Shown in pieces: positions 1-13,257 of a stretch of DNA of 64,000 nt; positions within the stretch are counted from its first letter, which is position 1; each line of letters begins with the position of its first letter. Location of the stretch: assembly GCA_001643675.2 (NCBI GenBank), contig LSRY02000037.1, positions 992,001-1,056,000 of the forward strand, read 5' to 3'. The position numbers were made by a program, and so were the translations under genes. The DNA is from Monocercomonoides exilis PA203. Its lineage: Eukaryota > Protista > Preaxostyla. The notes under the pieces are model-generated. The model was given only the letters and a program-made list of their open reading frames with translations. It was not told the origin of the DNA and searched no databases.

Positions 1-2402
1 GGCTGATGTGCTGCCAGATCCAGCTCTCTTGCATCCTTCTCACTCTTTCTAGCATATTCTGGATAGCCCACTTCCACAATTTGCAAAGCTGCTTCAGCGC
101 CACTTTCTGCCCGATGACAATTGTGCCCAGCATCCAAAGTCATGTCGAATCGATGTTTGCATGTCAGATGAAGGTGAAATCGAAGACATTTGCAAAAAGA
201 TAAGAACATCGTGTTACGTGAAAGACGTTACGACATTTGAAATAGTTGTGAATGTGATGCAGATGATATTGATGGAGAAAGCGTTTGCGCAGAAGAATTA
301 GCAGAAGGACATGATGGTTAGTTCATAACTGGAGAAGTGTTGTTTGAAGATGAAGCTTTTGAATCATGTTGAAAATTTTTTTTGCTGAAACTGTTTCTGT
401 TGTTGTTGAAGAAATTGCATGTTTTGGAGGTTGTTTTGAATCTGAAAAAGCACTTTCTGTCACTGCAGCTGCGATTTGGACCAAAAATTATAGCAAAATA
501 AGATAACGTTCTGTGATGTGATTGATGTGATTGATGTGATTGAGGTGATAGAAGAAGATGAAGAAGAAGAAGTTGGATTGGAAAGAGAAAAAGAGGAGAT
601 GTTGGAAAGAGACGAAGGAGAGGAGATTTTTGGAGGTTGAAGAGGAAGAAGAGAAGAATCAGAAAAAAGAACAAAGAAAGAAAATAAACGATTATTTAAC
701 AGATCGCTTATGTTTTTTTCATTGAGTTTTCAATGTTAATTCAGCTCTCTTTATCAAAATTGTGTGTAATTACTTTCTTTTAATTCCTGAATTATTATTG
801 CATTCAAAACATCTCCGAGTTTATGCCACTTCATTTTATACCAATTTGTGTGAAACATTTTTCGTGTTGCAATTTGTATTATGATGTGTAATTCATCGCA
901 AATAATATAAAATCTTCATCCTCAGTTTTGATAATTCTGTCAAGCTTCATTCCTTATCCATCTTATTTTAAAATAAAATCAATTATTCCTACCAAACCTT
1001 TTGTGCATGTTCTCCCTTTTTTGACCACGAATCTGAGTTTGTTTGCAAAACATAAAATGCGTTTTTATTATGGAATGCAATCAAAAAAAAATTTTTTTTA
1101 TAATAAAGTTGAAAATGAAAAAATTTGAAGGCTGATGAAGTGCTTTGTGAAATGTTGTTTTGGACAATGAATAAATTATGTCAGATAGATTAACACACAA
1201 TTTCTTTCAAAAACTTAAAATTTAAAAAAGTTATCAATGATATTTTTAACAAAATTGTTTTGAAAGTCAATTTCTGAATGAAAAGAAAAGTTCTCAGAAA
1301 AGAATATTCATTCGACAGATAGATCTTTTCGACTGACTGATCTTTCGAACGACTGATCTTTGTCGTTCGACTGATCTCGACAAAGATCTGTCGATTACCC
1401 ATTGAAATTTTTAAAAATCAATAAATTAAATATTTGTCAGTTGGAATCTTTTAATAATAAAATATATTAAAATATGAAAATAAATTGAATAAAATTTGAA
1501 AAACTTAATCTTGATTTGTCGTTTTTTCGTTTATCATAATATATAGTATTAGCAAACTGTCTTGTCGGTCGACTTGTCGAGCCATGAAAAAAATGTCGGT
1601 CTGTCGCAAAGGCCTAAAGACCACTTCATTCAAATAAAAGGCCAAAAATTAAAAATCAACAAGAGATTTTGAATTAGAAAAGATCATTCAAATTAATAAC
1701 AATTGTGGGAAGTGAAAATTAAAACAAACAAAAAACACTGAAAAAATTAATGTGGAAATAAAAGAAAAATTGAACCTTTTTTGACAGTCTTATTAACCAA
1801 ACCTCGATAATTCTATGGAAGCGTGTTAACATACTTAAATAAAATAAATGTTAAATAAATAATTTGTCAATAAAGTGAAATTATAATTTGTTTTCAGTTT
1901 TGCGTGAAGAATGATTCGCTTCGAAGATAATTTTTATAGTTTTTGCATAAATAATAAAAAGAAAACAACATAATTCTGACAATTATATGAGAAAAATATT
2001 TTTCCTGCTAACATTTCATTAAACTGTCAATATTTTCAAAACAAGCATTGCACAGCGATGTTGAAGTTGTGGAATCAAAGGCTAATTTCCTTTGCTTTTA
2101 TCATTTCCTCAATTTCATTTAATTCTGTCGATCATGTTTTTTCCTGATGTTTCTATTTCAAAAATTAAAAATGATCTTTCTCTTTTTCTTTCAATAATAA
2201 CTCTCTCTTTCTTATCATTTCACGCATCTTCTTTATTTTCGTTATCATTTCCTTCTTCATTTTCATACCACATCCTCGTAAAATCTCTAATGCCAACTTC
2301 TTTTCAAAGAAGAACTTTTTCTTCCTTTCGCCTTTGCTTCTATTTCCATAAGCATTCCACATTCTCTGCAATTTTTTCCTCCTTCTTTTTCTCTATCTCA
2401 GT

Positions 2403-4230
2403 TTAACTTTCGCTCATACAGCTGCTGAAGAAATTGTTGTCACTCGAAGAAAATGTGCTGGCAGTTGTATATGAGGCGAATGAGATGCACCCGCCATTGG
2501 TGGCAGTCTGTTGGTTTTGTGGTGCTGAGTCTATGTTGGTGATGGTGCAGTTGGCGAGGGAGAGGGAGAGGGCAGGGGAGGTGGCAGAGGAGAGGACACA
2601 GCTGGTGGGAGAGGCAGTGGAGGTGATATCGGTGATGCTGGAGGAGTTGAGGGTGAGGGGAGCGGTGAGGGAGGTGATGTGGAAGATGCTTTGGCTGTTG
2701 AGGGTGAGACTGGTGATTGCTGTGTGGTTGAGGGCGAGGGAGCCAGCAATGAGGAAGAAGAGGGGCGTTTTTATTGTTATGGAGGTTGTTCCGGTGATGG
2801 TGGTTGTGTTGAGGTTGAGGGAAGGGGAGTTATCGGAGAGGTGGAAGAGGATGGGGGTGATTGCATTTGTGGAGTTGTGAGCGATGGCGAGGGCAGAGAC
2901 TGTGAGGGAGCCCTGGGTCTGTTGGAAGAGGGCAGACGAGGCAGATGGATCTGGTGAAGAAGATATTGATGACGATGATGAAGGTTGAGGAATGCCACTG
3001 GAGGCGATGGTGGTGGCAGTTGTGCCATTTCCAGTGATTTTTGTATCAACCGCACTGAAGGTGAGTGTTTGAGTTGGAACAAATGTTGAAGTGAGGAGGG
3101 TGAGAGAGGCGTCTTGGAGGAGAGAAATGAAGCCAGTGAGGGCATACTCGATGGCGGCACATGGGGTTTGTTGGGGTCTGCCACAGGCATCGACATCAGT
3201 TCCACCATTTGCAACGATTTTGTTCTGGGCAACGAGGGGGAGCCAGCCATTATACACTGCATTATCAGCTGTATTGTTATTCCACACTCTTTGTGTTAGG
3301 GTTGTTGAGCCACAATTTTCAAACGGAGATTGAGTGATGGAACTGCCACTGAAGAACACATCATTTCCTCTTCCATTTGTGGCAGTGTTGCCATCAAAGA
3401 AACAGAATGTGATGAATTTATTTCCGCTCATCCAGTTATATGTTGCATAACAGTAAATGGCAGCGCCTCCATAATTAGTAGAGGCAGTCAATTCATTTTT
3501 GATAAACTGGCAATCATTAACCAAAAATTGACTCGGTTTGTTGCTTGGAGGATAACGAAATGTTAAAGAACCAGCAGAATCACCACCAGAATTTGCAATG
3601 CACTTGCATTTGGAAAACACGAAATGAAAATTTGAATAATCATTTCCAAGAGCAAAATACCAACCAGTTCCAATGCTGCTTGTGATTTTACAACTTTCAA
3701 CTTTGTTTTCTGAAAATGAATAAACGGAAGATGATTGTCTTCAATCAATGCAAATTGCACCTCCGTAAGCAGCTGTACAACTTGAGTAATTGGATTTAGC
3801 TGTATTAACATTCAGCAGATATAAGCAATCTAACGCTCCAGCATAATCGCTGGTCGAACAGTTGAAATATAAACATAAAGCAATTAACAGATATGCATTT
3901 GCCCATTCAACACAAAGTACTCTTCCACAACTTGACCCTCCGTTTGAATCTTTCCATTTTCACCATTCAATGAGGTAGCTATTCAAAGCAATAAAGGACA
4001 ATCGATTTAATTTCTCTCTTTGAGTTTCGGATCCGTTATATTTTACAACACCATTTGGTGAAGAGCGTGTTTGGTGAAAAAAAGAAGCATTGAATGCAGA
4101 GAGAGAAGTGGAAGATGTGTTGATGGAAGAGATGATTGAACACTCGATGGTGTTTTGAGTGGGTTGGAAGAGATAACTGAAGAAAAGGACGAGAGAGAAT
4201 AAATTGTGTGATCAAAATAATTTTATATGT
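2403..4230 (-). pseudogene. Degenerate member of an expanded pectin-lyase/beta-helix-like (GGA-motif, PMP-like) surface protein family
   Basis: 405-aa ORF 2403-3620 with YGGAAIYC, GRGNDVF, CGRPQQTPCAAIEYAL and NGGCISF motifs. The upstream part (3620-4230) aligns with paralog 44060-45835 but is frameshifted. It ends with no TM anchor. 5' limit approximate. Confidence 0.7.
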
Positions 4231-5045
4231 GTTTGCAAGCAATTCTGAGGATAAAAATACTTCAAATTTTTGATCATTCACATATGAAACGCTTTCTGTG
4301 CTTTAGGTACGAAAGAAAATTGTGAAATAGGATAAATAAGAAGAAAAATATCGAAAAAGAAATTTTTGTAAAAAATATTAAAAGATCTATATTTAAAACG
4401 AAATCTTGAAAAAGAAACGTATATACCTTTTAACATTCATCGCTATATCTATTTCACGTTAATGATTAAAGGTATTGTTTATCAACAAGGCAAAAAATGA
4501 AAAAGAATTTTGTTTGAAAATTGCTGTTGCTAAAAACGAAAAAAGCAGTAATTACCAATGAGAACTGAGCATAATGGCACAGAAGTTATCGTTGATGTTG
4601 CAGTTATTAAGAAACAGTTTGCAATTGCGAAGAAATAAACTAAAAGTTTTCAGAAGCATTTATGATTTGTATATTGGGAAAAATAAATTTTTATTTGTTA
4701 AAACCATGCACACTTATGTTATTAAGCTCACATTTTCGATCACATAAGTTAAAATAGCATTTTAAACGAATTGTCGAATTATTCTATTTTTTCGAAGTTG
4801 ATTATTGAAAGATCAAATTTTTTTCTAAAAGAAAATCAAAATTAACTTCAGTATTTTATATAAATCTTTTCTGTTTATTATTTAATATTATTCTTTTTCA
4901 TGTTTTGCACATTCAATTCAAAATCGCATGTGTATTTTAAAAATAAGCCAGTCAATTTAAATTAACAGGGGTATTTTAAAATAACACCCACAATTTTGAA
5001 TTTTTTTTTCAATTTGAATTATGTGATCCAATCTGCATTGTATCT

Positions 5046-7590
5046 AATATTTGTTAAATAGAAAAAATATACTTTTTTTTAAAAAAATTGTTATAAAGCT
5101 CTGAAAACATTTGAAGAAAACATTCAATTTGCGACAATAAACATTGGGAAAGATGATCGAAACACAAGACATTTATCAGATAAATAACTGTTTGCTGTAA
5201 ATATTTGTTTGAGAAAAAAAAAAAAACAATTCTTCAAATTAGTCATTTGAATTCATTGATCAGAATTGTTGAAAAAACAAAAAAGAAAATATCACAGAAA
5301 ATTATTCGTGAAGATAGGAATTCTTTTGACTTGAATCACTTCCACCACACAACCACCCGCATTATATCTTCCTCATCTTCCTCATCTTCCTCATCTTCCT
5401 CATCTTCCTCACCCTCTATCCATCTTTCCTTCCTCGTCAGCCATGCTTTTCCAGATATCCTCTCTTTCCGTTCCTTTCCGCATGTTTGGCTACTCCTTTT
5501 CCATGCTGACTCCCCAAGAACCCCTCGCATTTGCGATGGTTAACGCAACAAAAGGTATTATGTCTCTCAAACACTTCCCCATCGCTTCTTTGCCCTTGTC
5601 TTGCTCATTTCTGCAGATCGCCGCTGCATCCACTTCTGCTGCGCTCCCATTCACCTCGTTCTCGTCCTCTTTGCTCGCTGCCACTGCCCCAGTGGCCATC
5701 TGATCCTGATGCAAGAACTGTGTCCGTATGAGCCTCTGCCTATAACACCAACATTGAGCGCACAAGCAACCAGCAACGAGCAACGAGCAACGAGATGGTT
5801 GCTTGGTGATTGCGGAAAGTGGTCACGATGTTGAATGATCGACCAGGAGCGAGGCAGCAACTGAACTTCTCCTTAACTGGAAAACATCGCTGGATGCTTC
5901 AGCATGGATCCTCACCTCGTGCATCTGCTCTCACACAGCCAGCAGGGGCAACTGCCCGCTCATCTTCTGCACCCGCCCCGCGAACGCCCCTGCCACCCCC
6001 CCATCCCCATCCCCATCCTCAACCTCCGCTTCGCCTTGAATAACTCCTTTTGTGCACATGGACGTCTTTCTCCTGTGCTCCAGCATCTCAACCCAAATCG
6101 ACAAGTCCCTCTATTCCCTCGACTTCGTCCAGCCCTCTCTTTCCACAAACTCCTCAATCGGTTGCTCCTTTTTCTCCCATTCCTGCCCAAGCCTCAAAGT
6201 CGATTCCGGTCTCCACCTCTTCACAACCTTCTTCCGCTTCCCTCATCTATTTGTCGATCATGCCACGGGCTCATGCGCTTTCCAGTTGTGCCTTTGCATC
6301 AGCCACTCCATCACTTATATCCTCAGGATATGCGTCACATCCTTCTTCGACGCCTCGACATCCCTTGCAGACATCAGAGACATGCCTGTCTCGACAAGCC
6401 TTGCACCGTTTTTCTTCACCACTGCCATTCCGTTTTATTTGAGCTTCTCAGAGCTTCATCCACATAAAAGGTGCCTCTCCTTCTGTTCCTCTTTTGCATC
6501 CATCCGCTCTTCCGTCTTCAACCATTAACGCAGATTCTTCATTGGATCATCCTCCTAACTGTTAACCCCCTCCAATAAGTATGTCCACCTCAACTCCACG
6601 CTATTTGTTCTCGAAGGGGAACTCTGCACACCTCCCAGCGCACCATTCGTGCTCCCAGGGCTTCCTTCGTCTTTCTCTCCAGCATCAACCTCTTCGCCAT
6701 CAATGAAGCACCAGCCGTGTTCTTGCTCGATGATAGCTCCGACAGCTCCGACAGCTCCATTGAACGTCTCATCGCCACAGATCTCGCAGTTGTTTCAAAT
6801 GAAAATTTTCCTTCTTCACACTTTGAACCAAGTCGGTCAGAAAGACCCTTTGGCATGATGCGCCTTATTTTCACTGCCATTTTTCTCGACCAGCTCTGCA
6901 GCGTCAGGTGGTGTGAGCTTCGACCGATGCTGCCTCACGCAACAGCAGCCTTTCCAGCCCAAATTGCCCTTCTGCCCGCAGCAGCATCATCTGCTCCCAC
7001 GCCTGCGAACTCAGCATCGCCTTGATCAAAGGAGGAGGCGTCATGCCACCTGAAACCTCCACATGGCACCTCAGCCGTGAATATGCTCTCCACTGCGTAG
7101 CTTCTCAACACCCTTCCCAGCTCCTCGTTGCTGCTCTCCAAGATACTTGAAAAAAAGAAAAACAAAAGCAAGAATGGCTCAGAAATCCAACGAATTCTTC
7201 TTGCTTCGTTGTCGCTTTCTGTTCTGGTCCGTTATCGTCTTCTGTTCCAACTTCTCCCCCTTTCCATTCAACTTCTTTTTTATTTTTTTTTAAATCTCTT
7301 CAATTATTTTTTCATTTCCGATTTCCATTCATCTTATTCTGTCAAAACAAGTTCTTCTTTCTCTTTCTCTTCATTCTCTTCATTGGCTTTTCAATCTTCT
7401 TATCATTTTTTAACAATTTCAATTTCTTCATAAATGCTTTTCTTTTTTCTTTCTGGAATAATCCCTTACGCAAATGCAAAAATGAAAGGAATCCAATCAA
7501 ATGAAATGACCGATGATGATGATAAAGCAGTGTGATTTGATGTTTATGGAAATGAAGAAGAAGAGGAAGAAATGAGAAAAGAATAAGAAG
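5046..7590. repeat. Inverted repeat IR1, left arm (~2.55 kb)
   Basis: Reverse complement of 13258-15797. The ORF track gives mirror-image peptides (e.g. 7128-7433 + = 13414-13719 -; 5443-5703 + = 15143-15403 -) with only scattered substitutions. Confidence 0.97.
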
Positions 7591-8403
7591 AAGGTAAATG
7601 AAGATGAGAAGGAGTTGTTTGATAAGTACAATACGATTTTAATAATGAAAGAGAAGGCGAAGAAGATATGTACTGAAAAGAAGTTGAGAGAGGAAGAAGA
7701 GGCTGAAGATGAAAAAGTTGAAATCAAAGAAATCGGTGAATTTGAAGAAAACAAATGAAGCTCTGCAATAAAAGTGATGTGCGTTGCATTTGAACGCATG
7801 ACAGAAGCTTTTTCTTACTCTGCATCGGAAGAAGAAGAAGCCACAAAAGATCTTGATGTTTTGATACAACAACATTCAGCTGACTCACAATCAATTGAAT
7901 GTAATGGCAATCAGAAGGAAGATGATATTAAAAGGACACAAATTCTCGCTGTTTCGTTCTTTCAGCAGCTGCTCCTTCAAATAGCTCAAATTTAAATGAA
8001 TAATGCTTCATCTTCAATGCTCATTCTGATAATTCTGAGGCTTTTATGTTTGCAGAATCCTTCTTAACTACTTCTTCCTTCTCTTTCACTTTCTCCTCAT
8101 CTTTTTCTTCATCCATTTTGTGTTATTTCCAAAGTCTTCATCGTCACTTGTATGATCATCATTTCTGGATGTAGTCGATTGTGCGGCGAAAGCTAAGAAT
8201 TGAACGAAAAGAGACATATAGCTTCGAATTCTGTCCAAAATATTTGTCCAAATAGAATGAAACATCAGAAATGATGATGAAATTGCTGGAAATGTGGTAG
8301 AAAACCGGGAAAAGAAGAAAAAGAAGATGATGATGATGAGGTATTACTTGTTGTTAACTGTAAGAGAGAATAAAGTTGAAGATGGAAATTATTATTTATT
8401 GTA

Positions 8404-8480
8404 GAAGGAAAAGGAGAAGGAGAAGGAAAAGGAGAAGGAGAAGGAGAAGGAGAAGGAGAAGGAGAAGGAGAAGGAGAAAA
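8404..8480 (+). repeat. (GAAGGA)n purine microsatellite
   Basis: Directly visible tandem hexamer. Confidence 0.9.
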
Positions 8481-10376
8481 GAAGTTCATTTGAAGATGAA
8501 TTTGAGTTTGAAACTGAGGCAAAGTCCAAGTCAATATACAATTTCTGATAATGAAAACATTTAAACAAATGTTTTAGGAAGAAGTGGAATTTTTTGGAAA
8601 AGGATATATGAACAACAATGACGATAAAAACTTTTGCAAAGAATCAAAGAACAATCTTTAAAGGAAGTTAAGAAAGATGAAGAAAACGTATCATTGTCCC
8701 GTGAATGATTTTTCAAAAGAAGAGGAAGAAAAAAATAGAATAAGGAGAAGAGGACGAAAAGCGAAGATAACGAACGGAAGAAGATGAGTAGGGAAATGAT
8801 ATTGATGCTGATCGATCTGAATTCAACTCAAAAATTGCTTTCACAAAACATAATCACTTTATTGATTGTATTTCCTCTTCTTTCTTTTCTTCAAAAACTC
8901 CATCTCTTCCCTCATTTGCTTTTCTTTTCATCACTGATTACCCCTGGTCCTCTCTCTTCGTGTAATCTCAAATATCTCTTCAATCCATACGATATTCTTC
9001 TGCTTTCTTTATCAACTGCAACGCATTCCCATTTTTTCATCAAATTTGTTTTGCTTATTCATAAAGAGCAATTGCCAATAACGCATGCAACAACACATCC
9101 ATTTTATTGTTTCTTTTGAAATGAAAAGTCTTTTCATAGAATTCTGCTGCGTTCTATTTGCAATGCATTCATTGTTCGTTGACAGGCAAAAATTCATCCA
9201 AGGTTCGGCTCAGTCGATTTTGTATCTGAAATAGTAGCAGATATTCGGATGAAATGAATAAAGTTGTTTCTCCGAAGAAATTGTAATATAATGGAAAAGG
9301 CTGATGTGTTGTTTGATCATGTGCAAACTGTTTTGTTTGATGAAGTGCTTCAATCACACAAGTTTAAAGAAATATTGAAGAAAAAGATGTTTGTCGCAAA
9401 TGAAATGAAATGAGCCAGATGAACTCTTCAGAGGAAGATGAATGGCAAAGGCGAAGATAAAAACTCATCTGAAGAAAATTCAATTGCATGTGTTTGCTTT
9501 GAAAGTTGAAATGAACGCAAAGGAATGAAATGAAGGTGTGAAAGTTGGATTTCTTTCCAAAAGAAGAGCCAAAAGTGGAAAAGTTGGATTTCTATGAGAC
9601 CACAAATAAGAAGCATTTCTCTCTGATTGAATAAAAAAATGATTAATCTACTCAGATTAAAAAGGGCAAAATTGAATTTGCATAAACATCGAAATTGCTG
9701 TTTTGACGGCAAGCTTATTTCACTCTGAAACATGAGAATTTTTTGTATATATATATTCCTTCCTTTTTGTTCAACAATTCTCAAAGACAAAGAATGTCTT
9801 CTCTTCATCAGCCAAATCAAACAATATTTGCATCTTTAAACGAAAAGACACCAAAGATCAGAAATCTGACCCATGGATGTTAATTATCAAATACTACGTT
9901 TCCATTATTTTTAAAATGAAGTATATTCTGCTTTCACTGTGATGTTTGTCGATTCATAACAATTTTTTTCTTTCGAGAAATAATAATTTGGATCAAAAAA
10001 TTATATATCAAATTTCTTGATCAAAATAATAATTTCAGTTTTTGAATATGAAAAGGGTTTATTTGCTTGGACTATTTTGTAATTGTTGATTCATGAAATA
10101 CACAAGGTATGCTTCAATTCTTTTTCATTTAAAATTTGAGATTCGTTGATAAATCAATATTTTATTTGAATTGAATTTTTTATTGTGCAGAATGTGCCTA
10201 TATTTTTAATTTGTTCAAAGATTACTCCCATAAGTTTGATTGAGATGAAAACACGAAAATCAAACGGTTTACAACTGTCTTTTAAAGAATGCAAAATTTA
10301 TAGAATAATTTATAAAAAGTTATTCAAATTTTTTGAGCTTGTTAAGTTTGCTGCAGATTTCAGAGCACCGTTTGTT

Positions 10377-11250
10377 TAGGAGCTGACAATGTGGGGATGT
10401 TCAACAGATTCATTTGTGGGGGAAGAGGATCTTCTGATGAGAGTAATGAGATACCAGAGCGAGACGATATTTGTGTCATCAGCTGCAGAGAATCATAGAG
10501 ACAGTAAGCAATGTGGAGAGTTCAACATGCCTTGTGAGTCTTTGAGTGAATGAGTTCAGCACATTATTCCATCATCTTATTCTCAGCTGCTGATCTCAGA
10601 GGAAACAATCATCAATGGGGAATGCGAAGCAAAGGATATGATCATCCGCTCATTGCAATCTCCATCTGCTGCTTTGGTGCATCTGAACTCAACAGTTACA
10701 GGTGATTCTGGAAATCTAATCACAACCTCAGAGAAAGTTCGGATTGAGAGTGTGAAATTCAACATTGGTCAGTTATTTTCATATTCAGGCAATTCAATTA
10801 TTCACGAAGCAAATGGCCAGCTTTCTCTTTCATTTGTTGATTTTTCTTCTGTTGACCAATCAGAAAACATCGAATCTGTGGTTCTGAATTCAACATTGTT
10901 AAACATCGAAAATGGAATTCTTCATGTTGATAACTGCTCGATTTCAATGCTTTCATTCCAGAAGCCTTCATTTCTGTTAAATAGAGATGAGATAAATATT
11001 ACAAATATGAAATTTGAACAGATTGAATCAACAACAGATGTATTTGAGATTGGACAATGTGGGAGTGTTGTATTTAATGGAATATCTTCAGATGGAGTGA
11101 AATTATCTCAAGGTTGCGTCATTGTGATAAACGATTTGTCATCAGGAACAGTTCCTATTGGAATCTCCTCATTCAACAACTGTTCGAGGAATTCAAAAGG
11201 AGCCTCTTTTCTTTTTGTTTCTTCCACTCTTTTTCCTTCACCTTCGCATT
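10377..11250 (+). pseudogene. Fragment of a large Cys/Ser-rich beta-helix-like surface protein family gene
   Basis: The frame of ORF 10638-11351 extends upstream as YQSETIFVSSAAENHRDSKQCGEFNMPCESLSE*VQHIIPS (in-frame TGA ~10550). The CGxxxxPC motif is shared with the 2403 family. No start codon and no TM. Confidence 0.6.
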
Positions 11251-11439
11251 CTTCAACTTCTTCAACTTCATCAACTTCTTCAGCTACTTCAGCTTCTTCA
11301 GCTTCAACAAATTCTACAACTTCTTCTTTTCGAGCGTTTTTACAGAAATGAAAAAGAAGATGAATGGATGTTGCATTTTCAATGTTAATTTTATTATCAT
11401 TATTTTCAAAATAATTTTTGAAAGATAATGAATACAACA

Positions 11440-11638
11440 AGAAAAAAGAGGAAGAAGAAGAGGAAGAGGAAGAAGAAGGAGGAGGAGAAGGAGGAGGAGA
11501 AGAAGAAGAAGAGGAGGAGGAGGAGGAAGAGGAAGAGGAAGAGGAAGAGGAAGAGGAAGAGGAAGAGGAAGAGGAAGAGGAGGAAGAGGATGATGAAGAA
11601 GAAGAAGAAAAAGAAAAAGAAAAAGAAAAAGAAGAAGA
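11440..11638 (+). repeat. GAA/GAG/GGA polypurine tract (~200 bp)
   Basis: Directly visible; poly-Glu on +, poly-Ser on -. Confidence 0.95.
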
Positions 11639-13257
11639 GTGCGAGGCATCGCCTTCTTCGTCCTCCCTCTTCCAGGCCATTTCTACGTGAAACTGCACCA
11701 CATTCTGCCCGTCTCCCTGCAGCAGCCCAAAGCCGATTGCCCGTCTCACCTCGTTCGCTCTGCAGCTGCCTCCACGAGCTGCACCAGCATCATCACTATC
11801 CGGAACAGCACCCACTGCCATCTGCACAACATCAAAACTTCGATTCAGCCCTACCACCGCTTTCACCACCGAAAGCACCTGCACCCTAACATCCAGCGCT
11901 GGCTAACCGTCTTCACAACTGAGCTGCTATGTGACAGGAAAAGAGGAGATCTGCAGTTGGCAGCATCGCACACATCTGGATGCATCAGGCACAGTGTAAA
12001 GAAATCGTTGGTCTGGAACACCTCCAGCACCGATGCAAACGATGGCAGAAAGCACCTCGATGGATGGGATGCATCTCAGAAGAATTGTTGCGACATCGCC
12101 TGTAGCGTCTGTAGATAGCACACATTCACACAGAGAAAAGAGACTCCAGCTCTGAATTTGTGAAGCACCTGACATCGAAGACGAAGAAGTGGATGGATCT
12201 CCACTGTATATCGCGTCAGACTACGCCTTCATCTTCTTTTCTTTACGCTTCGCTGCCTCCGCCCGGTCGTAGTTCAGCAGAAACACCTGAAACATTGACG
12301 CGTCTGCCACTCCCATTTTTGACAGTATCTTCTCAACCTCCACCAAAAAACATCTTGATCTTCTTCTCCGCTGCCCTTTCAAGCACGATGCTGAAGAACA
12401 AGAAGAACGACAGCTTGCCTTCATTGAACTCCATTATCAGAAATTTCCCAAACAGCCACATTAATGCAAAATACCACTTGAATTGCTTCTCCCTCTTAAA
12501 TTCCCTCCTACCCTCCTCTTCTTTCTATTCTCAATCACATTCTTGTACAGCGCCTTCTGCTCGCATTTCGTCTGCAAGTGCACTTTCAACAGCGCAATCA
12601 GCATCTTCGTTTTCGTTTTCCATCTTCTTCATCTTCTTCAGCATAGTTGCGTCTGCTCTTCCACCACCACACTAAATGCCTTACCACTTCTATTTGTCGC
12701 AACGCCTTTCTTCTCCAATCTCTTGCTGATCTCGGATCTCGTTCCCTCGCTTCCACCACCTCCTCAACCACAGCTGTTTGTTTAACTTGCAACATTTATC
12801 GCGCTCCTCACTTTCACAACAACAACCTTCCAAGAGGAGTACATCTCAAGCATCACATTGCTACCACCACAATACTCGCTGTAAACTTCTCCTTGTGCTT
12901 TTCACACATCCCCAACGACAGAATTAAGGAAGCCAAAGATGGAACTATCCCATAACAAACAGAGAAACCAAAGAAGAAGATGTGGCAATTGTAACCTCCA
13001 ATCAGCCAGTTTCCACTTGACATCCACTCTAACTGCTCCTCCTTGCTGAGTCCAGCACTTCTTCTCCTTCATCTCCTTCGCCTGCTTCATCTCCTTCATC
13101 TTTGCGTTGCGCTTCTCGCTCAGCTCCAGAATCTTCCTCTGATTCACCCGTATGATCTTGTCCTTCAACTGCTGCTTCTCTGACAACTCGCTTGTCTGCT
13201 TCTCTTTCTTTTCTCTTTCACTTCTTCATTTCTTTCTTCATTTCTTTCTTCTTCTTC

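Noticed and set aside
11108-11889. Long poly-Ser/Glu/Lys/Arg ORFs here and at 31771-32049 and 8265-8564
   Set aside because: Artefacts of stop-free purine microsatellites.
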